Origin: Hormiphora californensis
Lineage: Eukaryota > Animalia > Ctenophora
Reading direction: 5' to 3'
Assembly: GCA_020137815.1 (NCBI GenBank)
Contig: CM035353.1
Location: 5,084,001-5,148,000 of the forward strand
Length of the DNA stretch: 64,000 nt
Part shown: positions 39,701 through 52,634 of the stretch, one piece after another
How the letters are laid out: every line of letters starts with the position of its first letter
Position numbering within the stretch: the first letter of the stretch is position 1
Notes under the pieces: generated by a model
Seen by the model: only the letters and a program-made list of their open reading frames with translations
Databases searched by the model: none
Told to the model about the DNA's origin: nothing
Made by a program: the position numbers and the translations under genes

Positions 39701-39976
39701 ACTGAACCCGTATGTTTCACGCAGTTCAGCGGATTGTCTGCCATCATCTTTCATTTCCTGGCGTTTCTTGGCAAATGACGCATTTAACCGGTCATTGTTT
39801 ATCATCCACATGTTCTCTAGAGTCAACCTCTCAGCGTTACGAGGCAACCGAAAGTTATGTTTCATAATACTTGATAGGGTCTCCCATTCTCTGCTACCCT
39901 TTTCAACTTTGGTGTTGAACTGGACACTTGAAGTTCGATTCTTCTTAGGGATAACAAACGATCTTTCATCTGGCAT
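36795..39976 (-). CDS. TASOR/TEX15-family protein: DUF3715 pseudo-PARP domain plus SPOC-like domain, about 605 aa, 8 exons
   Basis: Exons 39976-39311, 39065-38980, 38856-38697, 38529-38347, 38158-37865, 37660-37571, 37419-37242 and 36955-36795 are phase-consistent. Motifs resemble TASOR as I recall it: RSFVIPKKNR, NNDRLNASFAKKRQEMKDDGR..ELRETYGF, ICRFGL, LGDCNMGVY, KVIRGRVK, PDPNFDCHTSK, YYMYEF..PRQVVPYAVI, and a terminal LHALL. Confidence 0.82.
37672..37821. repeat. 22-bp tandem repeat (about 6-7 units) copying the acceptor junction of the TASOR-like exon 37660-37571
   Basis: The unit reverse complement, gttAGATTGAGTTGtaacccct, matches the real junction tgcAG|ATTGAGTTGg. Confidence 0.85.
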
Positions 39977-41831
39977 GACCTTCAATGGTTGTAATGTTAA
40001 GGAGATGAAATATTAATCAAATCAGACGTCGTTCCCAGCGTCCAAAACTAAATAATGTATGCTTTTTTTGCACATTTTGGACACTGTGAACCAAGCTGTG
40101 AACGACGCATGGGGGCGGTACAGCGTGTGTGGTCAATATGACAGAGTAACACTGTAACGGAGTAGAACCGGGGATAGGATTACCTGCCCATTGCGGAGGT
40201 GTTAAATTATGGTTATCCAACCCAGCCCCAGACCGCCGTCGGTCATCGGCTGCTGAAGCGAGGGCCAGGGGGTCTGCAACGTTTTTAAAAACATGGCAAA
40301 AATAATCCAATCAACTAGCGACCACAGGTACAATTATTTGGTGGAATGCGGAAGACATGACAATCATGAATTGAGAATTCTTTGAAAAATGCAGGCGAAA
40401 AGCGACGCGAAAATTTTGAAAAAACGATTTGGATTGGCATACGTTGCAGGCCCCTTATAATATAATATAAGGGGCCTGGAGGGAATACCGCGCTAGGGGG
40501 GAATACATAATCAATCATATCTCCGGTTCCAGATAAGGTACAGAAATCGTTTTGGTAGCGTTGGAAAGAGGAAGATAACAGCTTTCAAATGCAACCGGTT
40601 TCAGGTCTCTATCTTATCAGGAACAGGAGATATGAACCAAACTCCGCAAAATCGAGTGCGGTAAAATCAAAATTTGAATGAAATTTTAAAAAAGGTGTCC
40701 CTGCAAGAATCTGTGACGTCACTTTTTGAAAACAACCCATCTTTCAACGGCTATTGCTCAGCCTCCTTAAGTCCAATTAACTTCTCTCAAAAACAGCAAG
40801 GTAGATAATCGTCAGATCTAACAACTGCACTATGTGGTCATGTCCGATAGGCTCGCGAGATTTAGTGATTTTGACAGAAAACGCGCAGTAGAAGCTCAAT
40901 TTTGACCAAGATCCAACCTCGTTGCGCGTTTTTACGTGTAAAACCAGCGCTGACAAGTGCTTTTTTAGCATAAATGTCGCATTTAATACATGACCGCATC
41001 GGACCGGTTGCGATGGAAAGGTTGCATAGTAATCTCTAGCCCCCTAGCTTTCTTTTGATACCAAAATTTAGGTTGCGCTTTGAACAGAAGCCAGTTTTTG
41101 GGCTATAGGACGAACTTTGATGCCGTGCTGTCCGAAACCTGCCTCACTTTCAGCTAAGTTATGGGTAGCAAAATGATCTTTAGACGATTACCTACAACTG
41201 CTACACAATTTCCAGGGTGTTTGACAGCACACGCAAGCATGCACGCTCCCTGAAAGCGCCTAACAAAATCGCGCAAAACCCCTCAATACGGAGGATTCCT
41301 ATCGGACAAATGCGCGTTTTGACCACATAGTGAACTGGTGAAAGAATCAAGTCAAACGGACTTCAGGAGCCAAAGTTATAAGCACCGCCGTTTTTTCGAC
41401 CGCAAAGTTATCTTCGACCCAGCCGGGATCAGGCCAAACGCGCGCGCGGCATTCCCTCCAGTCCCCTCGTTGCGGGGGTGCGCGCATGAGGGGGCTGCAG
41501 CGCATTCCAACGATTTGGATATTTTTTAAAAATTTGACCCGGTTTTGACGACTGAGCTAATAGGACCGCGCGCACTGGGGTCCAGTTTTTGCGCGCGCGT
41601 CGTCATATTGCAGCGAAAAGTAAAATAACTCGGTGCCTACCACCACGGTACTGTCAGAATTTTCAATTTATTATATCGAAATTAACTCATTTAAAAAATT
41701 CTGATCCGTCTGTAGAAGTCTGAAATGGCACAGAGCAGTGTAAGATATTATCCGAGATAGGTCAGAGGTCTGAAAATGAACTGTCAGAGCATTGGCCTGA
41801 GCGCACGAGAACTTGACATGTTCCTTGTCTG

Positions 41832-43083
41832 TTTGGGCACGTCGCGCCCTCTTTTTCGCGCGCGATTTTTCGCGAACCCCTCACACAGAGGGCACAGTCA
41901 CGACTAGAGCACTCGGAAAGTCCTTAGCTTTGCTAAACGGCGCTAGTTAGCGCTTTAATTTTTGGTTTTTCTGATCGGCACTATCTCAAACTGGTGCAAC
42001 GTATTTGTCTCGATCTATAACTCTCAAAAACAGTGGCGTAATCGCCGATTTCTGTATACAGTTTTTTGGCGATTACGAAAGATTGAGGCATCTGACAAAC
42101 ACAAAATTCTGGATTTATAAACTTCAGACAATTTGCCACCTTCCTACCAAAGGATTTTGTCTGGGGACTTCTGGCCTTTGATTGACAGCCAATTAAAAAT
42201 ATTTGTCCTGAATTTAGTGGGGCTTAGTGTGGCTAAACCATGGCCCTATGCATAACCATCTTTTTTTTGCAGGTAGAGGTCACCTAGAACTGGTGCAACG
42301 TGTAGGTGGCCAGGTCTGAAACGATTTCTAGGCTGAGGAATCGACTCTTTAACTTTTGAGTTGAAAAACAGGTTTTGGGACAAAATGGACACTTTTCCTT
42401 GTCAAATTTGAGAACTCTTGACATTTTCTGACTTGTTTTGATACGTTTTAATGAAATATTGTGTTTAAATAGCCTCTAATCACTTAATTAAGTGTGTTGC
42501 ACGCGCAAATATAAAGCCGCGCCTATTTTTTGAAAACATTGCGCGCGTTTTGAAATTTAAAAAAATCTTTGCTGATTTTTTTGGCAGAAGCAAACTCTCA
42601 AACAAACTTTCCACTTTCCACTTTGAAAAGCGCTGCCATATCCCGGGCCAGCAACGTTTGCCAACTTTCCACTCAAACCACAGAAAGATGAGGTAAATAA
42701 AGGGCGGGATTATAATCTGGGTGCCTTGCAGCCTGTTTACAGGTGCACGCTACCAAAATATAGTACACTTGGACCGACTTTTTCAAAGTTCAAACACGCA
42801 ACCACATGGCCGATTTGAGTAAACTAAACGGCATCTGATAGAGATTCGATAGAGCTAACCTACCCTAACTGGCTAACCGTAACCCTAACCCGTCGGGCGC
42901 GCCCAAAACGACGAATCGTTGGTAATGGAAGGCACCCAGATTTTAACGCCGGCTGTAAAGGAAGACAAAGCTAAGCTATGACTTAACATCGCGTAACTAA
43001 AACAACTAGCGAATTTGGCTGCGAAGCAGCCCCTCCACAGGGTGTGAGGGTTTCGCGAAAAAAGAGGGCGCGACGTGCCCAAA
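41832..43083. mobile_element. Non-autonomous TIR DNA element of about 1.25 kb
   Basis: TTTGGGCACGTCGCGCCCTCTTTTTCGCG pairs with CGCGAAAAAAGAGGGCGCGACGTGCCCAAA. No transposase ORF; target-site duplication not resolved. Confidence 0.7.
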
Positions 43084-43207
43084 TTATTGTGTGGCTAGAG
43101 TTCAACTATTTCCTTCAATACATACATGATACATCACTACCAGTACCTATCTACTACTTTACCTAACCCCTCCCTTACCACATTACTAACCACATCACCA
43201 CTCCCAG

Positions 43208-43963
43208 GTGTGTACTGCGACCAGTGTATGGATGGCTACTACTACAGCGGTTCTGAATGTGTGCCGTGTGAGTGTGTCCCCATTGGTAGTGCCTCGGAGG
43301 TATGCAACAAGCGAACTGGGCAGTGCCCCTGTACCGGATCTGGGTACCTGGACCCCCGGACTTGTTACAGCTGCCCAAGTGGTACCTACCAGAGGAGCGG
43401 CAGGTGTATCGGTACGTGTTAACTATGGAGAGCTCCACACCTCGTTCGGCAAGATCAGATCTGTGCTCCTCTCAATGAGAGTCTCATTCTAAATCCTCTC
43501 AATTCTACAGACTGCAATTCTAGATCCCCCACTCTCATTTTATTATCCCAATCCCCCACTCTCATCTCTACAGATTTCAATTCTAATGCCCCCTCTCATT
43601 TCATTATCCTAATTCCCCCACTCCCATCTCTACAAATTGCAATTCCCCCACTCTCACCTCTACAGATTGCAACTGTGGTGCGGGAGCGGTGGATGGGGAG
43701 TGTGACAACAGGGGAAGGTGCACGTGCGCTCCAAATGTCCAGGGTACACGGTGTGACAGATGTAGAGAGGGGACGTGGGGTATCAGTTCCCGGGGATGCC
43801 AGGCGTGTGATTGTAACGAGTATGGAGTCATTGTAACCGAGTCAGATGATATCTGGGCTGATGATGAACGTGAGTTAATTAGTTAATTTAGTTATGTAAT
43901 TACGTAATTAGTTTGTCAATTAATCCCCCTCTCCCCTCCCCTACTACACAACCCCCTCCCTTC

Positions 43964-44034
<71 letters not shown>

Positions 44035-45227
44035 TTCTCTCTCTCCCCCTCCCCTCCCCTCTCCCCTCCTAAACAACCCCCTCCATCCCCTCCCCATATA
44101 AACCCCTCCCCCTCCCCTCCTAAACAACCCCCTCCATCCCCTCCCTATATAAACCCCTCCCCTCCTCAACAACCCCCTCCTTCCCCTCCCCATATAAACC
44201 CCTCCCCCTACCCTCCTAAACAACCCCCTTCATCGACCATCCCCTCCCCATATAAACCCCTCCCCCTCCCCTCCTCCAGCGGACATGTCGTGTGACCCCG
44301 ATGACGGGCAGTGTAACTGTAAGGAACTAGAAGATGGCAGTGGGCTACAAGATAGGATCAATAGCAGACAGTGTGATGGGTGCTACTCTGATTGGTATGA
44401 CAGTCTGTTTAACTATATCGATGAGGATACCTTGGAGTGTACAGGTAAAAAATGCAAGGAAATACTTTTTTACCCCAAAAACCTGCCCTATTAGATTCCC
44501 ATCACTCCAACAGTTTAACTAACACATCACCCTCTCTCCCAGAGTGTCAATGTCACCCTAACACATCACCCCTCCCTCTCTCCCAGAGTGTCAATGCCAC
44601 CCTCAAGGAGCGAGGAGCAGGGAGTGTCACCTTTACACGGGACAATGCGAGTGTAGGGAAGTCTACTACACCGGCATACTGTGACATACGTAAGTGGAAC
44701 ATTTCCCCAGCTCTCAGTTTACTTGACAAAATACCCCTCAGTTTCTCTATCGATCACATTCCCACATCTCTAATTCATCCCTAATTATCAGCTAAAACCC
44801 CCTTCTCCTCCAGGTACCCGCTAACCTGGTTGCCTCTGAGGTCTCCTTTAACTACGGTGCCGGAAGTGCCAGTGTTCCCCAGGGAGCCAACCTGGTTGCC
44901 ATGCCTGCCGGAGGTGCCGTGCCCCGAGGTTTTGAGGCCGTCTGCTCCATCAACGGACAGCAGGTAAAGAGACACAACCTCCCCCTTGTTGAGTAAAGGG
45001 TGGACTTAGCTAGGGGTCCAAACTCTCAACAACTCCGCAATATTATACCAACAAGTTGTTTCTATCGAGCTCTACATTTGAAGCCATTCCAAGAACTCTA
45101 TTCCCCTTCCTCTCTAACTCCCCTTCCTCTCTAACTCCCCTTCCTCTCTAACTCCCCTTCTTCTCTGCAGGTTTCTGTTCCCCGAAAGCACATGAGGGCC
45201 AGTAACAGCCGACCCGGCTGTTACTAA
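43208..45227 (+). CDS. 3' exons of a laminin-type EGF-repeat protein (upstream exons not found)
   Basis: Exons 43208-43411, 43666-43869, 44280-44444 and 44587-44689 encode LE repeats (CDQCMDGYY..CECVPIGS..CNKRTGQCPC; CTCAPNVQGTRCDRCREGTWG; CQCHPQG). Tentative exons 44814-44963 and 45171-45227. There is a frame problem at the end of exon 4. Confidence 0.7.
44046..44279. repeat. C-rich tandem repeats of about 45-48 bp filling an intron up to the acceptor
   Basis: CCCTCCTAAACAACCCCCTCCATCCCCTCCCCATATAAACCCCT occurs 4-5 times. Confidence 0.85.
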
Positions 45228-46050
45228 CACCACTCACTTGGTCGCCGCTAACGCCATGATGATGCGATCCTGCTAAACTGTCCAATTATGTCCAAAATGA
45301 GAGAGAACTGTCCATGATGATTTGCCCAATATTTTTGTTTTCCAGAATTAAAAGACTGATATTTGCGCTTTGTGACCCCAATATATTATTTTCCACATGA
45401 CCTTATCGAGAGAGAGGATCCTTTGTTAAATCCACTATTACATATGTATATTAAACGTTATAACAGATTCAGATAGTATGTGTGTGTGTGTGTATTTGAT
45501 AATCATTATTTTCCTTTAATTATTTCACAATTCCTTATCCGAGATGTTTTGAACTTTGAATGGGACTGGGACAGGGAGACCGAGACGTGCCCAATTCTGG
45601 GAAGGGGGTAGCCGCCAGACCGTGTACCATTTGGGTACATTTAGGGACATTTTTCGGGAATTGTTCACATGGAGATGCCAGAATCCAGCTTCCTCCAAGT
45701 GTCATATAGCAGCCAGATGAACATCCCAAGTATTATAATATATGTTCCTCCCAGGACCTGCAGCCGCTTCCTTTAGAAGCAATTTTGGGTCTGTCACCGA
45801 AAGGATATCGGCCGGAGACAGTACTGAAAATGGAAAGGCTTATCTTGGAGGTGTTGGACTACTCCCTGGAACCCCCCCCCCCCTGGCGACGGTTCTTCAT
45901 GCCAGATACCAAAATATCATAGAACATGAAATAGATGTCAGGCAGTCTGCTCTTTCTAGGTAAATATAATATTTTCTCAGACATATATACGATGGACTCC
46001 AATCTAGATTGGCGTCACAGTTTCATTCCATTCCTTCATCCCTCCCTCCC

Positions 46051-46129
<79 letters not shown>

Positions 46130-47486
46130 GAGAGAGATTTGGAGTAGGGGGGGAGGATTTGGGAGAGAGAATGAAAAAGAAGAGAGAAAGAGAAAAAAAA
46201 AGAAGAGAGGAGATGGGGGAATTGGAAGGGGAAAAATGGAACGTCCCCAAAACCTCCACTTCAAAATTTTCCAAACCCCCCCCCCCCCCCCATGGGTCCT
46301 GGAAACGGTCCGTTGATAATATGTTTTCCCAAACCTAGCATAAATTTTCCTTAAAATTTTATTTTTCCAGACGTTTCTACAATCAAATTTGATGGCCTTA
46401 GCTCCGTTTAGTTCCCTTGTAAGTTCAAGGTTTTAAATCTTTATTTTGGCATTGAATTAATTAAAATTTTTTACATTTTTGCCATTTTGTCAGTTATCTT
46501 ATTGGGGCCATTGTTACCCCTACAGTGTAGATTTTTAAAATTTCCCCTATCCCCCCCTCTGTTAGGTTACGGAGATCTTTTAGGGTCACTTTTGGGAAAC
46601 CCCAGTGAGGTATTTTCTCCCCCTCCCCATTTCCCACTTGTTCATTTCACAGTCAAGTTGAGGGCCTGTCCAAACCTGGGTAGGGTCCGCAGGTTTTACC
46701 GTTTTTAGTACTTCAATTTCCGTGACGAGGCTTTTGTAGTATTTTACTAGCCTTCTATCAGGTTTTCAGGGCCCCTTAGCTGCAGCAGACGCTGTGTGGG
46801 GTCCCTAGTGTGTACGGATTTTATGTGTGTATGTACACCTAAAATAGTTCTTCCCAGTAAATTCTGCCGCCAAAATCAGGGGCGGGGCGCGCGCAATCTA
46901 TAGTAAGTAGATACTCAAACTGTGAGCATTTGTTCGCGCGCATACCACGCTATGCATTTTTCTTATCATGACTACAGCCCCTCCCGCGGAGGGGCTGCTT
47001 CGCAGCCAACTTGTCTGTCAGCTCTCACACCGGGCCGAAGGCCCGGTGTGAGCTTACGCGAGCCCGAAGGGCGAGCGTAAGCGCTTAAGTGCCGATAGAC
47101 AGACTGCGTAGCATGGCAAGCGAGAACTGTGGTCAGAGCATTGGCCTGACAGAAAATGAAAGTTGTCTGAAAATGTCTGGAACTGGAAGTGGAATAACCT
47201 CCGTCGCGTTGTACTTCTTGAGTACTCAACAACCGTCTGACTTTGGTCTGGAAACACCTTACTTCACGAAGCTTTTCTGAATCAGTTTTTCGAGACGAAT
47301 CTAACGCAACTGGAATTAGCTTTCTATCTAATCGGGAAGTTTGGACTTGATCCCATTCAATTTTAGTCATTTTTCGGCGCGAGCCAATCAGAGGCCTTTA
47401 TTTCGAAATCCAGGTCTCTAATGAGTGCTGGGGTCGGCGGCGCCAGACAGGTCGCGTGGTACTATAGTAGTAGTCACTGGTACTGG

Positions 47487-48137
47487 TTGGTGACATTGAC
47501 ACCTAGTGCGTGCGAGATCGAGCTCGCACACAGGTGTCTGCTCCGCCTCAAAAAGGGTCGTTTCTTTCAAGGGATGTTGCACGCGATCCACTGGACCGAT
47601 TTGCATCCGGTTTGTCGCAAAAGACTACAAATGATCCTAATATACTGGAAAATACCCGAGAAGTTTGTCTGTCAACAGGAAGTGGGTCAAAATTGACACT
47701 GAAGTCAAACCTATAATCTGGCTTCCGAGAGTTTCTGCACTACGCCCATGCGATTTAGAAGATATTGGGAGATATGTTGATGCAATTAGCATCAGCTATT
47801 AATGCCGGGTATTTTCCAGTACTCACATGAGTTCAACCTATCTTCTGATACCCTCAGATTCATTCTACACCGTCTGGGAGTGGTGCAAAAAGGCTCGGAA
47901 GTCAGATTATAGATTTGACTTCAGTGTCAATTTTGACCCACTTCCTGTTGACAGACAAACTTCTCGGGTATTTTCCAGTAAACTAGGACCAATTTGTAGT
48001 CTTTTGCGACAAACCGGATGCAAATCGGTCCAGTGGATCGCGTGCAACATCCCTTGAAAGAAACGACCCTTTTTGAGGCGGAGCAGACACCTGTGTGTGA
48101 GCTCAATCTTGGTCGCGCACGGTGTCTATGTCACCAA
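47487..48137. mobile_element. Foldback element with inverted arms of about 240 bp, within a larger TIR element (about 47429-48747)
   Basis: 47520-47729 is the reverse complement of 47893-48104. TTGGTGACAT..ATGTCACCAA ends are also seen in a 53-bp version at 48626-48678. Outer TIR-like pair GGGGTCGGCGGCGCCAGACAGG / CCTGTCTGACGCCGCCAGACCCC. Confidence 0.75.
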
Positions 48138-48784
48138 TGGTACTGGTTGCGTTGCTAGTGTCTACGCAGTGCCTACGCAATCTGTCGTTCGACTTTGTCC
48201 TTCTATTCGGGCCGTAATTCAGAAAAGCTCTGTTGAGCAGGGGGAGGGGTTTCAAACCACAGTCAGGCCTTGGATATAATTTAGGTCCCGTAACCGCCCC
48301 GCTGCCTAAGTCGCGTTTTTATCTTCAGCACTGTACAGTGATCGATGATAAAAACGCCAGAGGTGTTGTGGTATCAAGAATGAACTTCAATTGAAAACAC
48401 GTACATTGTAAGCGTACCGGTACCTTATCGGTATCAACAAAACAGTAAAAAAATAACGAAAATATACATTTGATATTATACATTTGATATTATCTATAAC
48501 ACTGTAGATTCTACAGACACATCTCATACTATACATTCTACATATATAATACATCTATGATACACCAATACATTATGAACCACCACGTTGGATCGATCAG
48601 TGGGAGCCAGATCACAGGTCAGGGTTGGTGACATAGACACCTGGCGCGACCCCCGCACACGTGTGCCTATGTCACCAAAGGTCAGGGTTTTCTGAGTTTC
48701 CATCCAGTTCTAGCTCAGTTGGATCCTGTCTGACGCCGCCAGACCCCATTTTGATTCTCTGACAGTGCGGTCACTGTCAGTCGT

Positions 48785-48887
48785 CGCCACCATGGGTTCA
48801 AACTGTCTTCTATTCCAATTCTCTGATATTGTTCACTGAACAATATCAGAGAATTGGAATAGAAGACAGTTTGTTTCCATGGTGGCG
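48785..48887. repeat. Perfect 37-bp-arm palindrome with imperfect extension, about 50-150 bp downstream of the TRP stop codon
   Basis: 48799-48835 is the exact reverse complement of 48837-48873, with a 1-nt spacer. Confidence 0.9.
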
Positions 48888-48936
48888 GTACTTAATTTGT
48901 TTCAACTTGTGGTAAATTCAGTGAGAAAATGGGCTT

Positions 48937-51506
48937 TTATCCATTCAGTTCTGTACTAGAATACCGTTTACAAAGTGTATCTATTAGAATTTTCCGTTTT
49001 TCAAGAGCTTCCTCACTTTCCTGCCAGGAAGTGTCCCTGCTCTCACGCACGAGTCGTCGGAACATGGCCGTCAGAGGGAAGAGGATGACGTTGAAGGGTA
49101 TCAGGAACGGCTGTCCATTTTTGTACTCCTAAAAGAAAGGCAATTGCCCGGGTTAGATTTGTTCTTAAGGCGCCAGTGTCCTACCTCTTCGCCAGCCCTT
49201 TTTTAAATTAGTAACGAAATTCCCCTCAGAGAAGTGGCTGAATGCTGATCTTCCCACCACTGTGGCACTGTGGTGTGAGTTGTGATGACAGTGTGACACC
49301 CACACCAAACCCCCACTACTGTGGTACTTTACCTTTAGCAGTTGGCTCTGTAGGAACTTCCACTCCAGATCACAATTCTCCTGAATCCTCTCATAGATGG
49401 TGTTCAGCATGGCAATTAGGATATTCAGCATTATGATGACAGAGAAGACAAGGTAGAGCAGCATTATTAACTTATTAAAGAAATCCGTATCATCCCTGTT
49501 GGTCGTCAGATCCTGCAGGAATACCGGGTGTTACTGTGGTGTACTTAAATCATGTACTTAATCTGTGTATCTCAGATCAGAAGATGGATGATGAAAGGGT
49601 TTCAGTACATGCTGTATGGCGGCGCCCATGATACCCCAAGACAGTGCGCTCAGATCGGGTCGGCGGCGCCAGACAGAGTACATGCAAGGATGCGGGGTAG
49701 GGAAAAGTGGGTAGGCGAGCTGCTAATAGCTATATATATCACTAATTAGACGCTTTGAAAGCTAAGTTTACTGAACAAATATCATTGCACACTCACACTA
49801 TACTCGTAGATCCCGAATGTGGACCACACAATAGTAACCAATGAGGTGTAGAAATCATTGAACCGCTCAGGACGCTGCTCAGTTGCATTACCCATCAACT
49901 CTTCGTCACTCACGGTGGAGATTATAGTGAAAATAGCAGCGGTGGCACTCACGCAGCATGTCAACATTACCACCATAACAAACTGAAACACATCACCCAG
50001 GAGGTACTTGATGGAGATAATTAGGGGTCCAAGGTTCTTTGATGAGGTGATTTCTAGATAATACAACCATCGGAGGAGGAGGAAGAACTCCGCGAGGGCG
50101 AATATGTATGATGCATCAAGGATAATATCTGAATTGGGAGGGTCGCTTGTAACCCCCACCCCATAGATGATACATGATATGGCGAACATGATATTGAGAA
50201 CTCCTTCCAGGACATTCCAGAAGTTTCCCCTGAACTGTTTAAATCCCTGATAATAAAGCTGATCTATATCGATTATAACCCGAGCCATTGCAAACATAAA
50301 TACAAGGTGTAGGAGTTTAAATGTTCCATAGATACTCGTGTTGATACCCATCCCTGTAGCCACTAACACAGTAGTCAGGAATATTAGATAGTTCGCTGTG
50401 TCAGTGATATAGCATAACATGGGAGTCATGAGAAACTGGAGACATTGTCCGAACACCGTATCTACCACGCTCTGGTGGCGTTTCCGTTCAAATGGCATAT
50501 AAATAAGGAGAAATGGTAGCAAGAAAGGGAAGAATATAGCTCGTATAGTTAACTCGAATGTCGACCTGTAGTAAACAAGGTTCTGTTTCCAAGCCTCCCG
50601 TATCGTCTGCTGAGAGAATGGGTGTGAAACAAACAGTTTGTTCTTTCTTGCCACTGCTTGGGAGAGGAGCCTTGAGCTTTCCGATAAGATTATCCGGGCT
50701 TCTGACATGACCTCACAGCAGTTCAGCAGCTCAAACGTGAACTCGTCCCCCTCTTTGATGAGCTGGGCAAGATCGGTGGTGAATTCAAACCGTACATCAA
50801 CAACCTCCATGATGCTTTTACGAACTCGCAGTGCTGTCTGGAAGGGATCCTTGCACCTCACATAACTACCTTTAGTGAGGAGCGTCTGAAGGGGCCGGGT
50901 ACTGAACGTTGATTCATCAGAAAAGTCATCCTGCATCCTCAAAGCGCTGGTAAGTTTGATAACCGCAGCGGCCATGTTGGCACCCGCCATTAGCAGCATG
51001 TCAATTGAGTGTCTACAATGTCTAATAGCCGCAATACTCAGAGGGCTGTCACCGTAAGTGTTAGTATGGTTTGGGTTACCTCCGAAATCCAGTATAACTC
51101 GGACCATGGTAGGGCTAACCCGGGCCGCGACCAGCAATAAACTCTCCCCATCGGGTCCGTGACTGTTGGCTATGTTAAATTTAGAATAGTGCAGGTCGGA
51201 GCAGCCCACCTTGGGAGTTATTTCCACTTTAACACCGTCCTTCCCGAGAAAAGAAGACAATCCCTCATAATCATTGTTCTGTATTATCTCGGATAACTGG
51301 ACAAAGTGGCCATCGAGATTTTCCATCCGCAACCCGAGGCCATCTGATCCGCTAACAAAGTCACCCACGGAATTGTTTGCCAGGACCATATCATCAGCTG
51401 TTTCATGGTGGTTGTTCTTTGTCTCAGCGGGGTCTACATCCACCTCTTGTCCGGCCTCTAAATCAGCCACAATCCCCACTGCTTCCACCAAACCTGGTCT
51501 CGGCAT
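48937..51506 (-). CDS. TRPC-like transient receptor potential channel with ankyrin repeats, about 693 aa, 3 exons
   Basis: Exons 51506-49797, 49512-49333 and 49128-48937. Ankyrin motifs (GESLLLVAA, GDSPLSIAA), FVSHPFSQQ..W, LGPLIISI, pore VWSTFG, MLNILIAMLN, TRP box EWKF and PFNVI. Confidence 0.9.
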
Positions 51507-52240
51507 ATCAACAAGACGAGAAGCAAAATATACTCCAAAACGAACTGTGCGGTTACAGGGAAATTGTCGCGTCTTGCTTGTGAACTAGTGTCTCTCTCAT
51601 CTCTCATCTCTCATCTTTCTTTCTTCCTAAAGTCTCTCAGTCTAAAATCTCTCTTTCTATTTCTGATGCATATAATCTCACTAACTCTTCTGCTTAAATA
51701 TTATATCGGAACTAGAATCTATGAAACTTTATTTTCAACTTCTCTATATAATTGCACAGTTTATGTAGAATATTATTCTATGCGTTTTGGAGCAGTTGAT
51801 CACTGCAGTATGCCATGGAGACCTCACGGAATACGGTACAATGTTCCCTTCATTAAACTTGGAGAATATTCCATAGCATAGTATCTCATTGCATTAACAA
51901 CTACATGTATGATAGCAGAAAACGATTATGTCGAAACATCGAATATCGAATATCGAAACAAGGAGATTCATTAATTTTTAAGACGTAGTTAAAAACAGTT
52001 TATAGACGTGAAATTTTAAAAGAAATTTCATTTTCACAGCAATATTTCCGTCTCACATGCTTTTTATTTGCTTTGGTGAATAGTGCGTCTCTATGTCTGC
52101 ACTGTGTAGCGATAGTGCATCTAAGGTGCGTTTGAACCAAGTTTAGGACCTTCGTTCCATCGTCTCCCTCTCGTCGAAGCATAGGACGAGAGAGAGAGGG
52201 AGAGAGAGAGAGGAGGGGCGTAGGGAGAGAGAGAGAGAGG

Positions 52241-52275
<35 letters not shown>

Positions 52276-52352
52276 AGAAAGAGGAGAGACGAGAAGAGAG
52301 AAGAGAGAGAGAGGGAGAGCGAGACGAGAGAGAGCTAGGAGAGAGAGAGAGC

Positions 52353-52392
<40 letters not shown>

Positions 52393-52525
52393 GAGAGATG
52401 AGCTAGAGAGAGAGCTAGCATATGAGAGTAGATATATGATCGGCTATCTCTACATCTCTCTCTCTGCTATATCCGATCTCCCTATCCCTCTCTGCGTCTC
52501 TCTGCTTCTCTCTATCTCTCTGCTC

Positions 52526-52627
<102 letters not shown>

Positions 52628-52634
52628 GCGACCC

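Noticed and set aside
40300-41830. Transposon-like non-coding region that might encode a transposase
   Set aside because: Only short ORFs with no DDE, tyrosine recombinase or Rep motifs; element boundaries could not be defined.
46140-46700. Second homopolymer-rich tract after a (GA)n run
   Set aside because: Same noisy signature; no supportable feature.
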